A stretch of 63,879 nt of DNA, the filler included. It is 18 parts of 18 records of this genome, joined end to end, with 100 filler letters (N's around TTAATTAATTAA, not from the genome) between each part and the next. Parts side by side here need not be neighbours in the genome. Positions count along the whole stretch, not along the records: positions 14,512 to 17,152 come from SRR11831580_811; positions 17,253 to 20,076 come from SRR11831580_812; positions 20,177 to 23,096 come from SRR11831580_825; positions 23,197 to 25,331 come from SRR11831580_827; positions 25,432 to 29,308 come from SRR11831580_833; positions 29,409 to 32,469 come from SRR11831580_844; 12 more parts are not named here. One strand, written 5' to 3'. Under the pieces are notes generated by a model that did not search any database, was not told the origin of the DNA, and worked only from the letters and a program-made list of their open reading frames with translations. Within the stretch, counting starts at the first letter, position 1, and each line of letters starts with the position of its first letter. This document shows positions 17,094-29,440 of this stretch, piece after piece. A program made the position numbers and the translations under genes.

Positions 17094-17124
17094 GGGTTGG
17101 TGTTCGTCGCAGCAAGCCATCCAG

Positions 17125-17152
17125 GCCGGATAAGGCGTTCACGCCGCATCCG
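17125..17152 (+). repeat. REP (PU) element at contig end
   Basis: GCCGGATAAGGCGTTCACGCCGCATCCG matches the E. coli REP consensus. Confidence 0.92.
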
Positions 17153-17252
17153 NNNNNNNNNNNNNNNNNNNNNNNNNNNNNNNNNNNNNNNNNNNNTTAA
17201 TTAATTAANNNNNNNNNNNNNNNNNNNNNNNNNNNNNNNNNNNNNNNNNNNN

Positions 17253-17598
17253 GTTGCTGCGCCATCTGATGGCTTAAGAATTCATAGTGTTGCGCCCAAC
17301 GCAGACCTGCCTCTTCGGCAGCCTCGTTGGAGTAGAGAGAGATCCCCAGCTCACGGTAGATCTCCCGACGGAAAGCGGGAGGCACAACCAACTGCGTGCC
17401 GTCCTCCAGTTGCAGTTTGTCGGTCATCAACATACGCACTTCGTACGCGAGGACTTTATTAAACTGCTGGAGGCTCGGCAAAATCGCGAAGTTCAGCACC
17501 ACCAGATAAGTCGTCACCAGGCTGGCGAACAGCAAGGTGACGATGAGCAATAACGTACGGGCAAATGAACTTCGTGGCGAGAAGCGCAATCGCCTCAT
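17253..17598 (-). CDS. envZ: Sensor kinase EnvZ, 5' fragment
   Basis: MRRLRFSPRSSFARTLLL; ATGA overlap with ompR. Confidence 0.96.
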
Positions 17599-18314
17599 GC
17601 TTTAGAGCCGTCCGGTACAAAGACGTAGCCCAGACCCCAGACGGTCTGAATGTAACGCGGATGCGCTGGATCTTCTTCCACCATGCGGCGCAGACGCGAA
17701 ATCTGCACGTCGATGGAGCGTTCCATTGCGGAATATTCACGACCACGGGCAAGGTTCATCAGCTTATCGCGGGAGAGCGGCTCACGCGGATGGCTGACCA
17801 GTGCCTTCAGTACCGCAAACTCACCGCTGGTGAGCGGCATCGGCTCGTCTTCGCGGAACATTTCGCGCGTACCGAGGTTAAGTTTGAACTTACCGAAAGC
17901 AATTACCGCCTCTTCCTGTGACGGTGCGCCTGGCAGTTCGTTCGCCTGACGACGCAGCACCGCACGGATACGGGCCAGCAGTTCACGCGGGTTAAACGGT
18001 TTTGGAATGTAGTCGTCAGCGCCAATCTCCAGGCCTACGATACGGTCCACTTCTTCCCCTTTCGCCGTCACCATAATGATCGGCATCGGGTTGCTCTGAC
18101 TACGAAGACGTCGGCAAATCGACAAGCCATCTTCACCAGGTAACATTAAATCCAGTACCATAAGATGGAAAGATTCACGAGTCAGCAGGCGATCCATCTG
18201 TTCTGCATTAGCGACGCTTCGAACCTGGAAGCCTTGTTCGGTGAGATAACGTTCCAGCAGCGCACGCAGGCGCATGTCGTCATCGACCACCAGAATCTTG
18301 TAGTTCTCTTGCAT
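17595..18314 (-). CDS. ompR: Response regulator OmpR
   Basis: MQENYKILVVDDD...YIQTVWGLGY. Confidence 0.98.
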   Translation of the reverse strand: MQENYKILVVDDDMRLRALLERYLTEQGFQVRSVANAEQMDRLLTRESFHLMVLDLMLPGEDGLSICRRLRSQSNPMPIIMVTAKGEEVDRIVGLEIGADDYIPKPFNPRELLARIRAVLRRQANELPGAPSQEEAVIAFGKFKLNLGTREMFREDEPMPLTSGEFAVLKALVSHPREPLSRDKLMNLARGREYSAMERSIDVQISRLRRMVEEDPAHPRYIQTVWGLGYVFVPDGSKA

Positions 18315-18541
18315 TGTTTGTACTCCCAAAGGTTCGCAACAATTTGTAAGCGTGTATTCTTAAAAAAGCTCACGTTCGTCACCAGCTAAATCTGGTATGA
18401 ATTTCAGCCTAAATTGTTACAAAGCATATTAAACAGCAGCTTAAGTATACAATTTATTCGGCGAAACATTATTGATTCTGTTGATATGATCACGTTATAC
18501 CCAATGTGCGCATTATCAAACAGACAAAGGGAATCAACGAG

Positions 18542-19018
18542 ATGAAAACGCCCCTGGTTACCCGGGAAGGGTATGAAAAACTCAAACAAGAGCTTAATTA
18601 TCTCTGGCGTGAAGAACGCCCGGAGGTCACAAAAAAGGTGACCTGGGCCGCAAGTCTGGGCGACCGCAGCGAAAATGCTGACTATCAGTATAATAAAAAG
18701 CGTCTGCGTGAAATCGACCGTCGCGTGCGCTATCTCACTAAATGCCTGGAAAATCTCAAAATCGTCGATTACTCCCCTCAGCAGGAAGGCAAAGTCTTTT
18801 TTGGCGCGTGGGTGGAGATTGAAAACGACGATGGCGTGACTCACCGTTTCCGTATTGTCGGCTACGATGAAATTTTTGGCCGTAAAGATTACATCTCTAT
18901 CGATTCCCCGATGGCCCGCGCATTGCTGAAAAAAGAAGTCGGCGATCTGGCGGTGGTGAATACCCCTGCCGGGGAAGCGAGCTGGTATGTTAATGCTATC
19001 GAGTACGTGAAACCGTAA
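18542..19018 (+). CDS. greB: Transcription elongation factor GreB
   Basis: GDRSENADY motif. Confidence 0.97.
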   Translation: MKTPLVTREGYEKLKQELNYLWREERPEVTKKVTWAASLGDRSENADYQYNKKRLREIDRRVRYLTKCLENLKIVDYSPQQEGKVFFGAWVEIENDDGVTHRFRIVGYDEIFGRKDYISIDSPMARALLKKEVGDLAVVNTPAGEASWYVNAIEYVKP

Positions 19019-19114
19019 GGAAGAGTCTTAACCTCCTGCCGATGGCTGGCATTTTTGCCAGCCAGTCCGTATAACTATCCCCTGATTTTTGATCCGAAAA
19101 GATGAACTCAAACC

Positions 19115-20076
19115 ATGATGAATGATTCGTTCTGCCGCATTATTGCGGGTGAAATTCAGGCGCGCCCGGAACAGGTTGACGCTGCCGTTCGCCTGCTTGA
19201 CGAAGGGAATACCGTGCCGTTTATCGCACGTTATCGTAAGGAAATCACCGGCGGTCTGGATGACACGCAGCTGCGTAATCTGGAAACGCGTCTGAGCTAT
19301 CTGCGCGAGCTGGAAGAGAGACGTCAGGCGATCCTCAAGTCCATTTCCGAGCAAGGCAAACTCACCGATGATCTGGCGAAGGCCATCAACGCCACCCTAA
19401 GCAAAACCGAACTCGAAGACCTCTACCTGCCCTACAAACCTAAACGCCGCACCCGCGGGCAAATCGCCATTGAAGCAGGGCTTGAGCCGTTGGCTGACCT
19501 GCTGTGGAGCGATCCGTCACACACGCCAGAAGTCGCCGCTGCACAATATGTTTATGCCGATAAAGGCGTGGCAGATACCAAAGCCGCGCTGGATGGCGCG
19601 CGCTATATCCTGATGGAACGGTTTGCCGAAGATGCCGCGCTGCTGGCGAAAGTGCGTGATTATCTGTGGAAGAACGCGCATTTGGTTTCTACGGTGGTGA
19701 GCGGTAAAGAAGAGGAAGGGGCGAAATTCCGCGACTATTTCGATCATCACGAACCGTTGTCCACGGTGCCTTCTCACCGCGCGCTGGCGATGTTCCGTGG
19801 GCGTAACGAAGGCGTACTTCAGCTTTCGCTGAATGCCGATCCACAGTTCGATGAGCCGCCCAAAGAGAGCTATTGCGAGCAAATCATCATGGATCACCTT
19901 GGCCTGCGCCTGAACAATGCCCCGGCGGATAGCTGGCGCAAAGGCGTGGTGAGCTGGACGTGGCGCATCAAGGTGCTGATGCATCTGGAAACCGAACTGA
20001 TGGGCACCGTGCGCGAACGTGCGGAAGATGAAGCAATCAACGTCTTTGCCCGTAACCTGCACGATCTGCTGATGGC
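19115..20076 (+). CDS. yhgF: Tex-family RNA-binding protein, 3'-truncated
   Basis: [27 protein letters not shown]. Confidence 0.95.
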
Positions 20077-20176
20077 NNNNNNNNNNNNNNNNNNNNNNNN
20101 NNNNNNNNNNNNNNNNNNNNTTAATTAATTAANNNNNNNNNNNNNNNNNNNNNNNNNNNNNNNNNNNNNNNNNNNN

Positions 20177-20846
20177 GGTACCTGCGTTCCATCATGCGCT
20201 GCTGGCTCACCCAACCGAGCGACGAATGGTGCTCAATATTGGCGGCATCGCCAATCTGTCACTGCTCATTCCTGGGCAGCCGGTTGGGGGCTACGATACC
20301 GGTCCTGGTAACATGCTGATGGATGCCTGGATCTGGCGTCAGGCCGGTAAACCTTACGATAAAGATGCCGAGTGGGCACGGGCGGGTAAAGTTATTCTCC
20401 CACTGCTGCAAAATATGCTCAGCGACCCGTATTTCTCGCAACCTGCACCGAAAAGCACCGGACGCGAATACTTTAACTATGGTTGGCTGGAGCGCCATTT
20501 GCGCCATTTTCCGGGTGTTGATCCCCGAGATGTGCAGGCGACACTGGCAGAACTCACCGCCGTGACCATTTCTGAACAAGTTTTGTTGAGCGGTGGCTGC
20601 GAACGATTGATGGTATGTGGTGGAGGTAGTCGTAATCCGCTACTCATGGCGCGTCTGGCGGCATTACTGCCAGGCACAGAAGTCACCACCACCGATGCCG
20701 TTGGCATTAGTGGCGATGACATGGAAGCATTGGCTTTCGCCTGGCTTGCCTGGCGGACGCTGGCGGGATTACCAGGAAATCTGCCTTCCGTCACTGGCGC
20801 AAGCCAGGAGACGGTACTGGGGGCTATTTTCCCCGCTAACCCGTGA
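20177..20846 (+). CDS. anmK: Anhydro-N-acetylmuramic acid kinase, 5'-truncated
   Basis: [16 protein letters not shown] motif. Confidence 0.95.
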
Positions 20847-20943
20847 TATCAGAGTTAACTGAATTTTTCTTACCGCGTCTGCCGTTACACTTGGAACGTT
20901 AGGGAGGGCGTATTGCCCTCCAGACCAGGAAAGTCTTCGGGAT

Positions 20944-21273
20944 ATGACTATGAAAAAACTGTTAATTATCATTTTGCCGGTCCTTCTCTCCGGCTGTAGC
21001 GCCTTTAATCAGCTGGTTGAGCGCATGCAAACCGATACGCTGGAATACCAGTGTGATGAAAAACCGTTGACGGTCAAACTGAATAATCCGCGCCAGGAGG
21101 TCAGTTTTGTTTACGATAATCAACTACTGCATCTCAAACAGGGCATTTCAGCCTCTGGCGCGCGTTACACTGACGGAATCTATGTTTTCTGGTCGAAAGG
21201 CGATGAAGCGACTGTCTATAAACGCGACCGCATCGTCTTGAATAACTGTCAGTTACAAAATCCACAGCGTTGA
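20944..21273 (+). CDS. mliC: Membrane-bound lysozyme inhibitor lipoprotein
   Basis: Lipobox LSGC; SASGARY motif. Confidence 0.95.
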   Translation: MTMKKLLIIILPVLLSGCSAFNQLVERMQTDTLEYQCDEKPLTVKLNNPRQEVSFVYDNQLLHLKQGISASGARYTDGIYVFWSKGDEATVYKRDRIVLNNCQLQNPQR

Positions 21274-21331
21274 GATTTTTCCAGGGGCGGCGCACAATAG
21301 CGTCACCCACTGACAATCCGTAAAGAAAACC

Positions 21332-21988
21332 ATGTCTGATAACGACGAATTGCAGCAAATCGCGCATCTGCGCCGTGAATACACCAAAGGCGGGTTACGC
21401 CGCCGCGATCTTCCCGCCGATCCATTAACCCTTTTTGAACGTTGGCTCTCTCAGGCTTGTGAAGCCAAACTGGCGGACCCTACCGCGATGGTGGTCGCTA
21501 CCGTGGATGAACATGGTCAGCCTTATCAGCGCATCGTTTTACTCAAACATTACGACGAAAAAGGCATGGTGTTTTACACCAACCTCGGCAGCCGTAAAGC
21601 ACATCAAATCGAAAATAATCCGCGCGTTAGCCTGCTGTTCCCGTGGCATACCCTTGAGCGCCAGGTGATGGTGATCGGTAAAGCAGAACGACTTTCGACT
21701 CTCGAAGTGATGAAATATTTTCATAGCCGCCCGCGTGATAGCCAGATTGGTGCATGGGTTTCGAAGCAGTCCAGTCGCATTTCTGCCCGCGGTATCCTTG
21801 AAAGTAAATTCCTGGAGCTGAAGCAGAAGTTTCAACAGGGCGAAGTGCCATTGCCGAGCTTTTGGGGCGGTTTTCGCGTCAGCCTTGAACAGATTGAGTT
21901 CTGGCAGGGTGGTGAGCATCGCCTGCATGACCGCTTTTTGTACCAGCGTGAAAATGATGCGTGGAAGATTGATCGTCTTGCACCCTGA
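21332..21988 (+). CDS. pdxH: Pyridoxine/pyridoxamine 5'-phosphate oxidase
   Basis: [13 protein letters not shown] signature. Confidence 0.97.
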
Positions 21989-22116
21989 AAAGATGCAAAA
22001 ATCTTGCTTTAATCGCTGGTACTCCTGATTCTGGCACTTTATTCTATGTCTCTTTCGCATCTGGCGAAAAGTCGTGTACCGGCAAAGGTGCAGTCGTTAT
22101 ATACATGGAGATTTTG

Positions 22117-23096
22117 ATGGCAAGCAGTAACTTGATTAAACAATTGCAAGAGCGGGGGCTGGTAGCCCAGGTGACGGACGAGGAAGCGTTAGCAGAGCGA
22201 CTGGCGCAAGGCCCGATCGCGCTCTATTGCGGCTTCGATCCTACCGCTGACAGCTTGCATTTGGGGCATCTTGTTCCATTGTTATGCCTGAAACGCTTCC
22301 AGCAGGCGGGCCACAAGCCGGTTGCGCTGGTAGGCGGCGCGACGGGTCTGATTGGCGACCCGAGCTTCAAAGCTGCCGAGCGTAAGCTGAACACCGAAGA
22401 AACTGTTCAGGAGTGGGTGGACAAAATCCGTAAGCAGGTTGCCCCGTTCCTCGATTTCGACTGTGGAGAAAACTCTGCTATCGCGGCGAACAACTATGAC
22501 TGGTTCGGCAATATGAATGTGCTGACCTTCCTGCGCGATATTGGCAAACACTTCTCCGTTAACCAGATGATCAACAAAGAAGCGGTTAAGCAGCGTCTCA
22601 ACCGTGAAGATCAGGGGATTTCGTTCACTGAGTTTTCCTACAACCTGTTGCAGGGTTATGACTTCGCCTGTCTGAACAAACAGTACGGTGTGGTGCTGCA
22701 AATTGGTGGTTCTGACCAGTGGGGTAACATCACTTCTGGTATCGACCTGACCCGTCGTCTGCATCAGAATCAGGTGTTTGGCCTGACCGTTCCGCTGATC
22801 ACTAAAGCAGATGGCACCAAATTTGGTAAAACTGAAGGCGGCGCAGTCTGGTTGGATCCGAAGAAAACCAGCCCGTACAAATTCTACCAGTTCTGGATCA
22901 ACACTGCGGATGCCGACGTTTACCGCTTCCTGAAGTTCTTCACCTTTATGAGCATTGAAGAGATCAACGCCCTGGAAGAAGAAGATAAAAACAGCGGTAA
23001 AGCACCGCGCGCCCAGTATGTACTGGCGGAGCAGGTGACTCGTCTGGTTCACGGTGAAGAAGGTTTACAGGCGGCAAAACGTATTACCGAATGCCT
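22117..23096 (+). CDS. tyrS: Tyrosyl-tRNA synthetase, 3'-truncated
   Basis: HLGH and KFGKT class I motifs. Confidence 0.97.
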
Positions 23097-23196
23097 NNNN
23101 NNNNNNNNNNNNNNNNNNNNNNNNNNNNNNNNNNNNNNNNTTAATTAATTAANNNNNNNNNNNNNNNNNNNNNNNNNNNNNNNNNNNNNNNNNNNN

Positions 23197-25331
23197 TTTT
23201 TTGTCCGACTCGTTGTCGCCTGTGCTTTTGCCGCACAGGCACCTTTGTCATCTGCCGACCTCTATTTTAATCCGCGCTTTTTAGCGGATGATCCCCAGGC
23301 TGTGGCCGATTTATCGCGTTTTGAAAATGGGCAAGAATTACCGCCAGGGACGTATCGCGTCGATATCTATTTGAATAATGGTTATATGGCAACGCGTGAT
23401 GTCACATTTAATACGGGCGACAGTGAACAAGGGATTGTTCCCTGCCTGACACGCGCGCAACTCGCCAGTATGGGGCTGAATACGGCTTCTGTCGCCGGTA
23501 TGAATCTGCTGGCGGATGATGCCTGTGTGCCATTAACCACAATGGTCCAGGACGCTACTGCGCATCTGGATGTTGGTCAGCAGCGACTGAACCTGACGAT
23601 CCCTCAGGCATTTATGAGTAATCGCGCGCGTGGTTATATTCCTCCTGAGTTATGGGATCCCGGTATTAATGCCGGATTGCTCAATTATAATTTCAGCGGA
23701 AATAGTGTACAGAATCGGATTGGGGGTAACAGCCATTATGCATATTTAAACCTACAGAGTGGGTTAAATATTGGTGCGTGGCGTTTACGCGACAATACCA
23801 CCTGGAGTTATAACAGTAGCGACAGATCATCAGGTAGCAAAAATAAATGGCAGCATATCAATACCTGGCTTGAGCGAGACATAATACCGTTACGTTCCCG
23901 GCTGACGCTGGGTGATGGTTATACTCAGGGCGATATTTTCGATGGTATTAACTTTCGCGGCGCACAATTGGCCTCAGATGACAATATGTTACCCGATAGT
24001 CAAAGAGGATTTGCCCCGGTGATCCACGGTATTGCTCGTGGTACTGCACAGGTCACTATTAAACAAAATGGGTATGACATTTATAATAGTACGGTGCCAC
24101 CGGGGCCTTTTACCATCAACGATATCTATGCCGCAGGTAATAGTGGTGACTTGCAGGTAACGATCAAAGAGGCTGACGGCAGCACGCAGATTTTTACCGT
24201 ACCCTATTCGTCAGTCCCGCTTTTGCAACGTGAAGGGCATACTCGTTATTCCATTACGGCAGGAGAATACCGTAGTGGAAATGCGCAGCAGGAAAAAACC
24301 CGCTTTTTCCAGAGTACATTACTCCACGGCCTTCCGGCTGGCTGGACAATATATGGTGGAACGCAACTGGCGGATCGTTATCGTGCTTTTAATTTCGGTA
24401 TCGGGAAAAACATGGGGGCACTGGGCGCTCTGTCTGTGGATATGACGCAGGCTAATTCCACACTTCCCGATGACAGTCAGCATGACGGACAATCGGTGCG
24501 TTTTCTCTATAACAAATCGCTCAATGAATCAGGCACGAATATTCAGTTAGTGGGTTACCGTTATTCGACCAGCGGATATTTTAATTTCGCTGATACAACA
24601 TACAGTCGAATGAATGGCTACAACATCGAAACACAGGACGGAGTTATTCAGGTTAAGCCGAAATTCACCGACTATTACAACCTCGCTTATAACAAACGCG
24701 GGAAATTACAACTCACCGTTACTCAGCAACTCGGGCGCACATCAACACTGTATTTGAGTGGTAGCCATCAAACTTATTGGGGAACGAGTAATGTCGATGA
24801 GCAATTCCAGGCTGGATTAAATACTGCGTTCGAAGATATCAACTGGACGCTCAGCTATAGCCTGACGAAAAACGCCTGGCAAAAAGGACGGGATCAGATG
24901 TTAGCGCTTAACGTCAATATTCCTTTCAGCCACTGGCTGCGTTCTGACAGTAAATCTCAGTGGCGACATGCCAGTGCCAGCTACAGCATGTCACACGATC
25001 TCAACGGTCGGATGACCAATCTGGCTGGTGTATACGGTACGTTGCTGGAAGACAACAACCTCAGCTATAGCGTGCAAACCGGCTATGCCGGGGGAGGCGA
25101 TGGAAATAGCGGAAGTACAGGCTACGCCACGCTGAATTATCGCGGTGGTTACGGCAATGCCAATATCGGTTACAGCCATAGCGATGATATTAAGCAGCTC
25201 TATTACGGAGTCAGCGGTGGGGTACTGGCTCATGCCAATGGCGTAACGCTGGGGCAGCCGTTAAACGATACGGTGGTGCTTGTTAAAGCGCCTGGCGCAA
25301 AAGATGCAAAAGTCGAAAACCAGACGGGGTG
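23197..25331 (+). CDS. fimD: Type 1 fimbrial usher, internal fragment
   Basis: DLYFNPRFLADDPQAVADLSRFE mature N-terminus; open across the whole contig. Confidence 0.95.
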
Positions 25332-25431
25332 NNNNNNNNNNNNNNNNNNNNNNNNNNNNNNNNNNNNNNNNNNNNTTAATTAATTAANNNNNNNNNNNNN
25401 NNNNNNNNNNNNNNNNNNNNNNNNNNNNNNN

Positions 25432-25982
25432 TCCGTTTTTCCTGTCAGCTTCAGGCTTAACTCGTCGAATTTGACTTTACTGTCCCACAGCGCGTTCAAC
25501 TCAGCCTCGTTTTTCGGCCAGGGCGCTTTGCTGCGGTCAAGGTTATAAGTGTCGTTGCCGGTGAAATCCATCGGCTTTTCCAGTACCGACAAAGCGTACT
25601 GGTAACGCTCAAAACGGCGCTTTTGCGCCAGATTGTAGAGATCGTAGAAAACGTCGAGTTTGCCTGAACGCAGTTCATCGCCTAACTCGGTTTTCTTTTT
25701 CGCGAACTGTTCAACATCGCTTGCCAGCAGCACGTTGTGGCTGTAATCGAGCAGATTCAGGTAGCGGTCAAAGATTTTGGCCGAAAATGCCTGATCGAGG
25801 TCGAACTGGCGATAATGAGAACGGGTGAAGCGCGACGTTACGCGCTCACTTACCGTCGCATGCTGCGTCTCTTCCTTTAATACCGGAATTTGATCAGCAC
25901 GCGTGATATCTTCTACAGCGAAGGTCTGGCCTGCTATTGCAAGCAGGCCAGCTAACGCGGTAAGCCTAAAAAACATGTTCAT
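25432..25982 (-). CDS. prc: Tail-specific protease, 5' fragment
   Basis: MNMFFRLTALAG signal peptide; downstream of proQ. Confidence 0.95.
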
Positions 25983-26001
25983 GCCTGGCCCGGCCTCCGT
26001 T

Positions 26002-26700
26002 TCAGAACACCAGGTGTTCTGCGCGCACAATCAAAGACATACCCGAATTCAGCTGGACGCGGACGCCGTCTTTGGTGATTTCTAATACGGTGGCATCCAT
26101 CGCGTTTTGACCCGCTTTCACCTTCAGGGCTTGTCCGACAGTCAGAGCTGAAATGTCAGAAACCGGGGTGTGCTGTTCTTCGCGAGGTGCTTTTACTGTT
26201 TTTGGCGCTTTCTCTACCGGCTTTTGCGCACGAGGTTTACGTTCAGCGCCTTCTTTGCGGCGTGGCGTAGTCGGACGTGGCTTGCGTTCGCGGCGCGGTG
26301 CGTCTTCTTTCTCACCAGCAGTTGCGGCAGCTTCGCGTTTTTTCGCTTGCTGTTCAGCACGCTGTGCCTGAACACGCGCTTTCGCTTCTTCAAGCTGCTT
26401 GCGAGCATGCTCTACATGTTGCTCGTCCAGCTCACCGCATGGGTTGCCGTCAAGATCGACACGCGTTGCGCCGGGTTTAACACCGTAAAGATAACGCCAG
26501 CTCGAAGTGTAGAGACGTAAAGCGGATCGCAATTGCGTTTTGCTCAGGTTCATTTCCCCAGCAACACGATCGACCAAATCCTGAAAAATACCGATTTTCA
26601 GCGGACGCGCTTCACCTTCCGCACTGAAACAGTGGGGAAAACGTTCGGCCAGAAACGCGATTACTTCTTTACTGCTATTCAACTTAGGTTGATTTTCCAT
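26002..26700 (-). CDS. proQ: RNA chaperone ProQ
   Basis: FinO domain [10 protein letters not shown]; 232 aa. Confidence 0.97.
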
Positions 26701-26796
26701 GAAATTTCCTGATTACAACGGACGTAGCCAACAAGCGCAGGCATGAACAGGCGTCATTATAATGACGCTATCAGTAAATGCTACGTTATCCGTTGA

Positions 26797-27294
26797 TTAT
26801 CCTGCGACGCTCGCAAAGAATTTTTTGTAATCCGTCGTTGCAAGCACTTTTTCAAGCTGTGCCACAAGCTGACGTAAGCCTTGCTCGTCCTCGTCTGTAA
26901 AGCGACCGAAGACGGTACTATCGATGTCGAGAACACCAATAATCTGATTTTTCACCACCAGCGGCAGAACAATTTCAGAATTACTCGCCGCATCACAGGC
27001 AATATGCCCGTCAAACACATGAACATCCTCGATACGCTGCACTTGATTGCGGGCAACCGCAGTGCCGCACACGCCGCGCCCGACGGGTATCCGGACACAG
27101 GCAATTTTGCCCTGAAATGGTCCGAGTACCAGTGTATCGTCCTCAAGCAAATAAAAACCTGCCCAGTTTATGTCAGTGAGACGCTCATATAACAACGCAC
27201 TGGTGTTCGCAAGCGTTGCCAGAAAACTGGTTTCTCCCGCCATCAGCGCGTTAAAGTCGCGATTTAAATCCGCGTAAAATTCTGTTTTGTTCAT
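26797..27294 (-). CDS. msrC: Free methionine-R-sulfoxide reductase
   Basis: GAF fold; GPFQG, GVCG and HIACD motifs. Confidence 0.95.
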   Translation of the reverse strand: MNKTEFYADLNRDFNALMAGETSFLATLANTSALLYERLTDINWAGFYLLEDDTLVLGPFQGKIACVRIPVGRGVCGTAVARNQVQRIEDVHVFDGHIACDAASNSEIVLPLVVKNQIIGVLDIDSTVFGRFTDEDEQGLRQLVAQLEKVLATTDYKKFFASVAG

Positions 27295-27423
27295 TATATA
27301 ATCACTTGGTTGTCTTACCTGGATCTGCCAGCCTATTAAAATAAGCATTAAATGCGTTAATGCTCAAGATCATTCCCATCATGGGTTAAGATTAATGTTA
27401 ATTCTTATTACATTTGGCACGTC

Positions 27424-28707
27424 ATGGCTCTTAACACACCACAAATTACGCCGACAAAAAAGATAACAGTGAGGGCAATCGGCGAGGAACTGCCGCGTGG
27501 TGATTACCAACGTTGCCCGCAATGTGACATGCTGTTTAGCCTGCCCGAGATAAATTCTCATCAAAGTGCCTATTGTCCGCGCTGTCAGGCAAAAATTCGT
27601 GACGGGCGCGACTGGTCGCTAACGCGCCTGGCGGCAATGGCCTTCACCATGCTGTTGCTTATGCCGTTTGCCTGGGGCGAACCGCTGTTGCATATCTGGC
27701 TGTTAGGCATTCGTATTGACGCCAACGTTATGCAAGGCATCTGGCAAATGACCAAACAGGGCGATGCGATAACGGGGTCGATGGTCTTTTTCTGCGTTAT
27801 TGGTGCCCCGCTCATTCTGGTGACCTCCATAGCTTATTTATGGTTTGGTAACCGACTGGGAATGAATTTACGTCCGGTACTGCTGATGCTTGAGCGACTT
27901 AAAGAGTGGGTAATGCTCGATATCTACCTGGTCGGCATTGGCGTTGCTTCTATAAAGGTACAGGATTATGCCCATATCCAGGCTGGTGTCGGCTTGTTCT
28001 CTTTTGTGGCGTTGGTGATTTTAACGACGGTGACGTTGTCACATCTTAATGTCGAAGAACTGTGGGAGCGATTTTATCCGCAGCGCCCCGCTACGCGTAG
28101 GGACGAGAAACTTCGTGTCTGTCTTGGGTGCCATTTTACCGGCTATCCAGATCAGCGTGGTCGCTGCCCGCGTTGCCATATCCCGCTACGCCTGCGTCGC
28201 CGTCATAGTCTGCAAAAATGCTGGGCGGCGCTGTTAGCGTCAATCGTTTTATTGTTACCTGCCAACCTGTTGCCTATTTCTATCATTTATCTGAACGGAG
28301 GACGGCAGGAAGATACAATTCTTTCCGGAATTATGTCGCTGGCAAGTAGCAACATTGCGGTTGCAGGAATCGTGTTTATCGCCAGTATTCTGGTACCGTT
28401 TACTAAAGTGATCGTCATGTTCACTTTACTGTTGAGCATTCATTTTAAATGCCAGCAAGGTTTACGCACACGCATTCTGTTACTGCGGATGGTGACCTGG
28501 ATTGGTCGCTGGTCGATGCTCGACCTGTTTGTCATATCTTTAACCATGTCGCTGATTAATCGCGATCAGATCCTCGCTTTTACTATGGGACCGGCTGCGT
28601 TTTATTTCGGCGCAGCGGTAATTTTGACTATTCTTGCTGTGGAATGGCTGGACAGCCGCTTACTTTGGGATGCACATGAGTCAGGAAACGCCCGCTTCGA
28701 CGACTGA
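27424..28707 (+). CDS. letA: PqiA-family inner membrane protein (YebS)
   Basis: Two CxxC zinc ribbons; GRWSMLDLF. Confidence 0.93.
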
Positions 28708-29308
28708 AGCGCAGATTAAAAATAAACGCCGTATCTCACCTTTCTGGCTGCTGCCGTTCATCGCGCTAATGATTGCCAGTTGGCTGATTTGGGACAGTTA
28801 TCAGGACCGGGGTAATACCGTCACCATCGACTTTATGTCGGCGGATGGTATTGTTCCAGGCCGTACGCCTGTTCGTTATCAGGGCGTTGAAGTCGGAACA
28901 GTGCAGGATATCAGCCTCAGCGACGATCTTCGTAAGATTGAAGTCAAGGTCAGCATCAAGTCCGATATGAAAGATGCGCTGCGCGAAGAGACTCAGTTCT
29001 GGCTGGTGACGCCAAAAGCATCGTTGGCAGGTGTCTCCGGGCTGGACGCCCTCGTCGGTGGGAACTATATCGGCATGATGCCGGGTAAAGGTAAAGAGCA
29101 GGATCACTTTGTCGCACTCGATACCCAACCGAAATATCGGCTGGACAATGGCGATCTGATGATCCACCTGCAAGCCCCCGATCTCGGTTCGCTGAACAGC
29201 GGTTCATTGGTCTATTTCCGCAAGATCCCGGTGGGAAAAGTCTACGACTATGCCATCAATCCCAACAAGCAAGGCGTGGTGATTGATGTCCTGATCGAGC
29301 GGCGTTTT
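28676..29308 (+). CDS. letB: MCE-domain lipid transport protein (YebT), 5' fragment
   Basis: [13 protein letters not shown] motif. Confidence 0.93.
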
Positions 29309-29408
29309 NNNNNNNNNNNNNNNNNNNNNNNNNNNNNNNNNNNNNNNNNNNNTTAATTAATTAANNNNNNNNNNNNNNNNNNNNNNNNNNNNNNNNNNNN
29401 NNNNNNNN

Positions 29409-29440
29409 ACACACACACACACACACACACCCACCCACCC
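29409..29440. repeat. (AC)n microsatellite grading into (ACCC)n at contig end
   Basis: Read directly from the sequence. Confidence 0.95.
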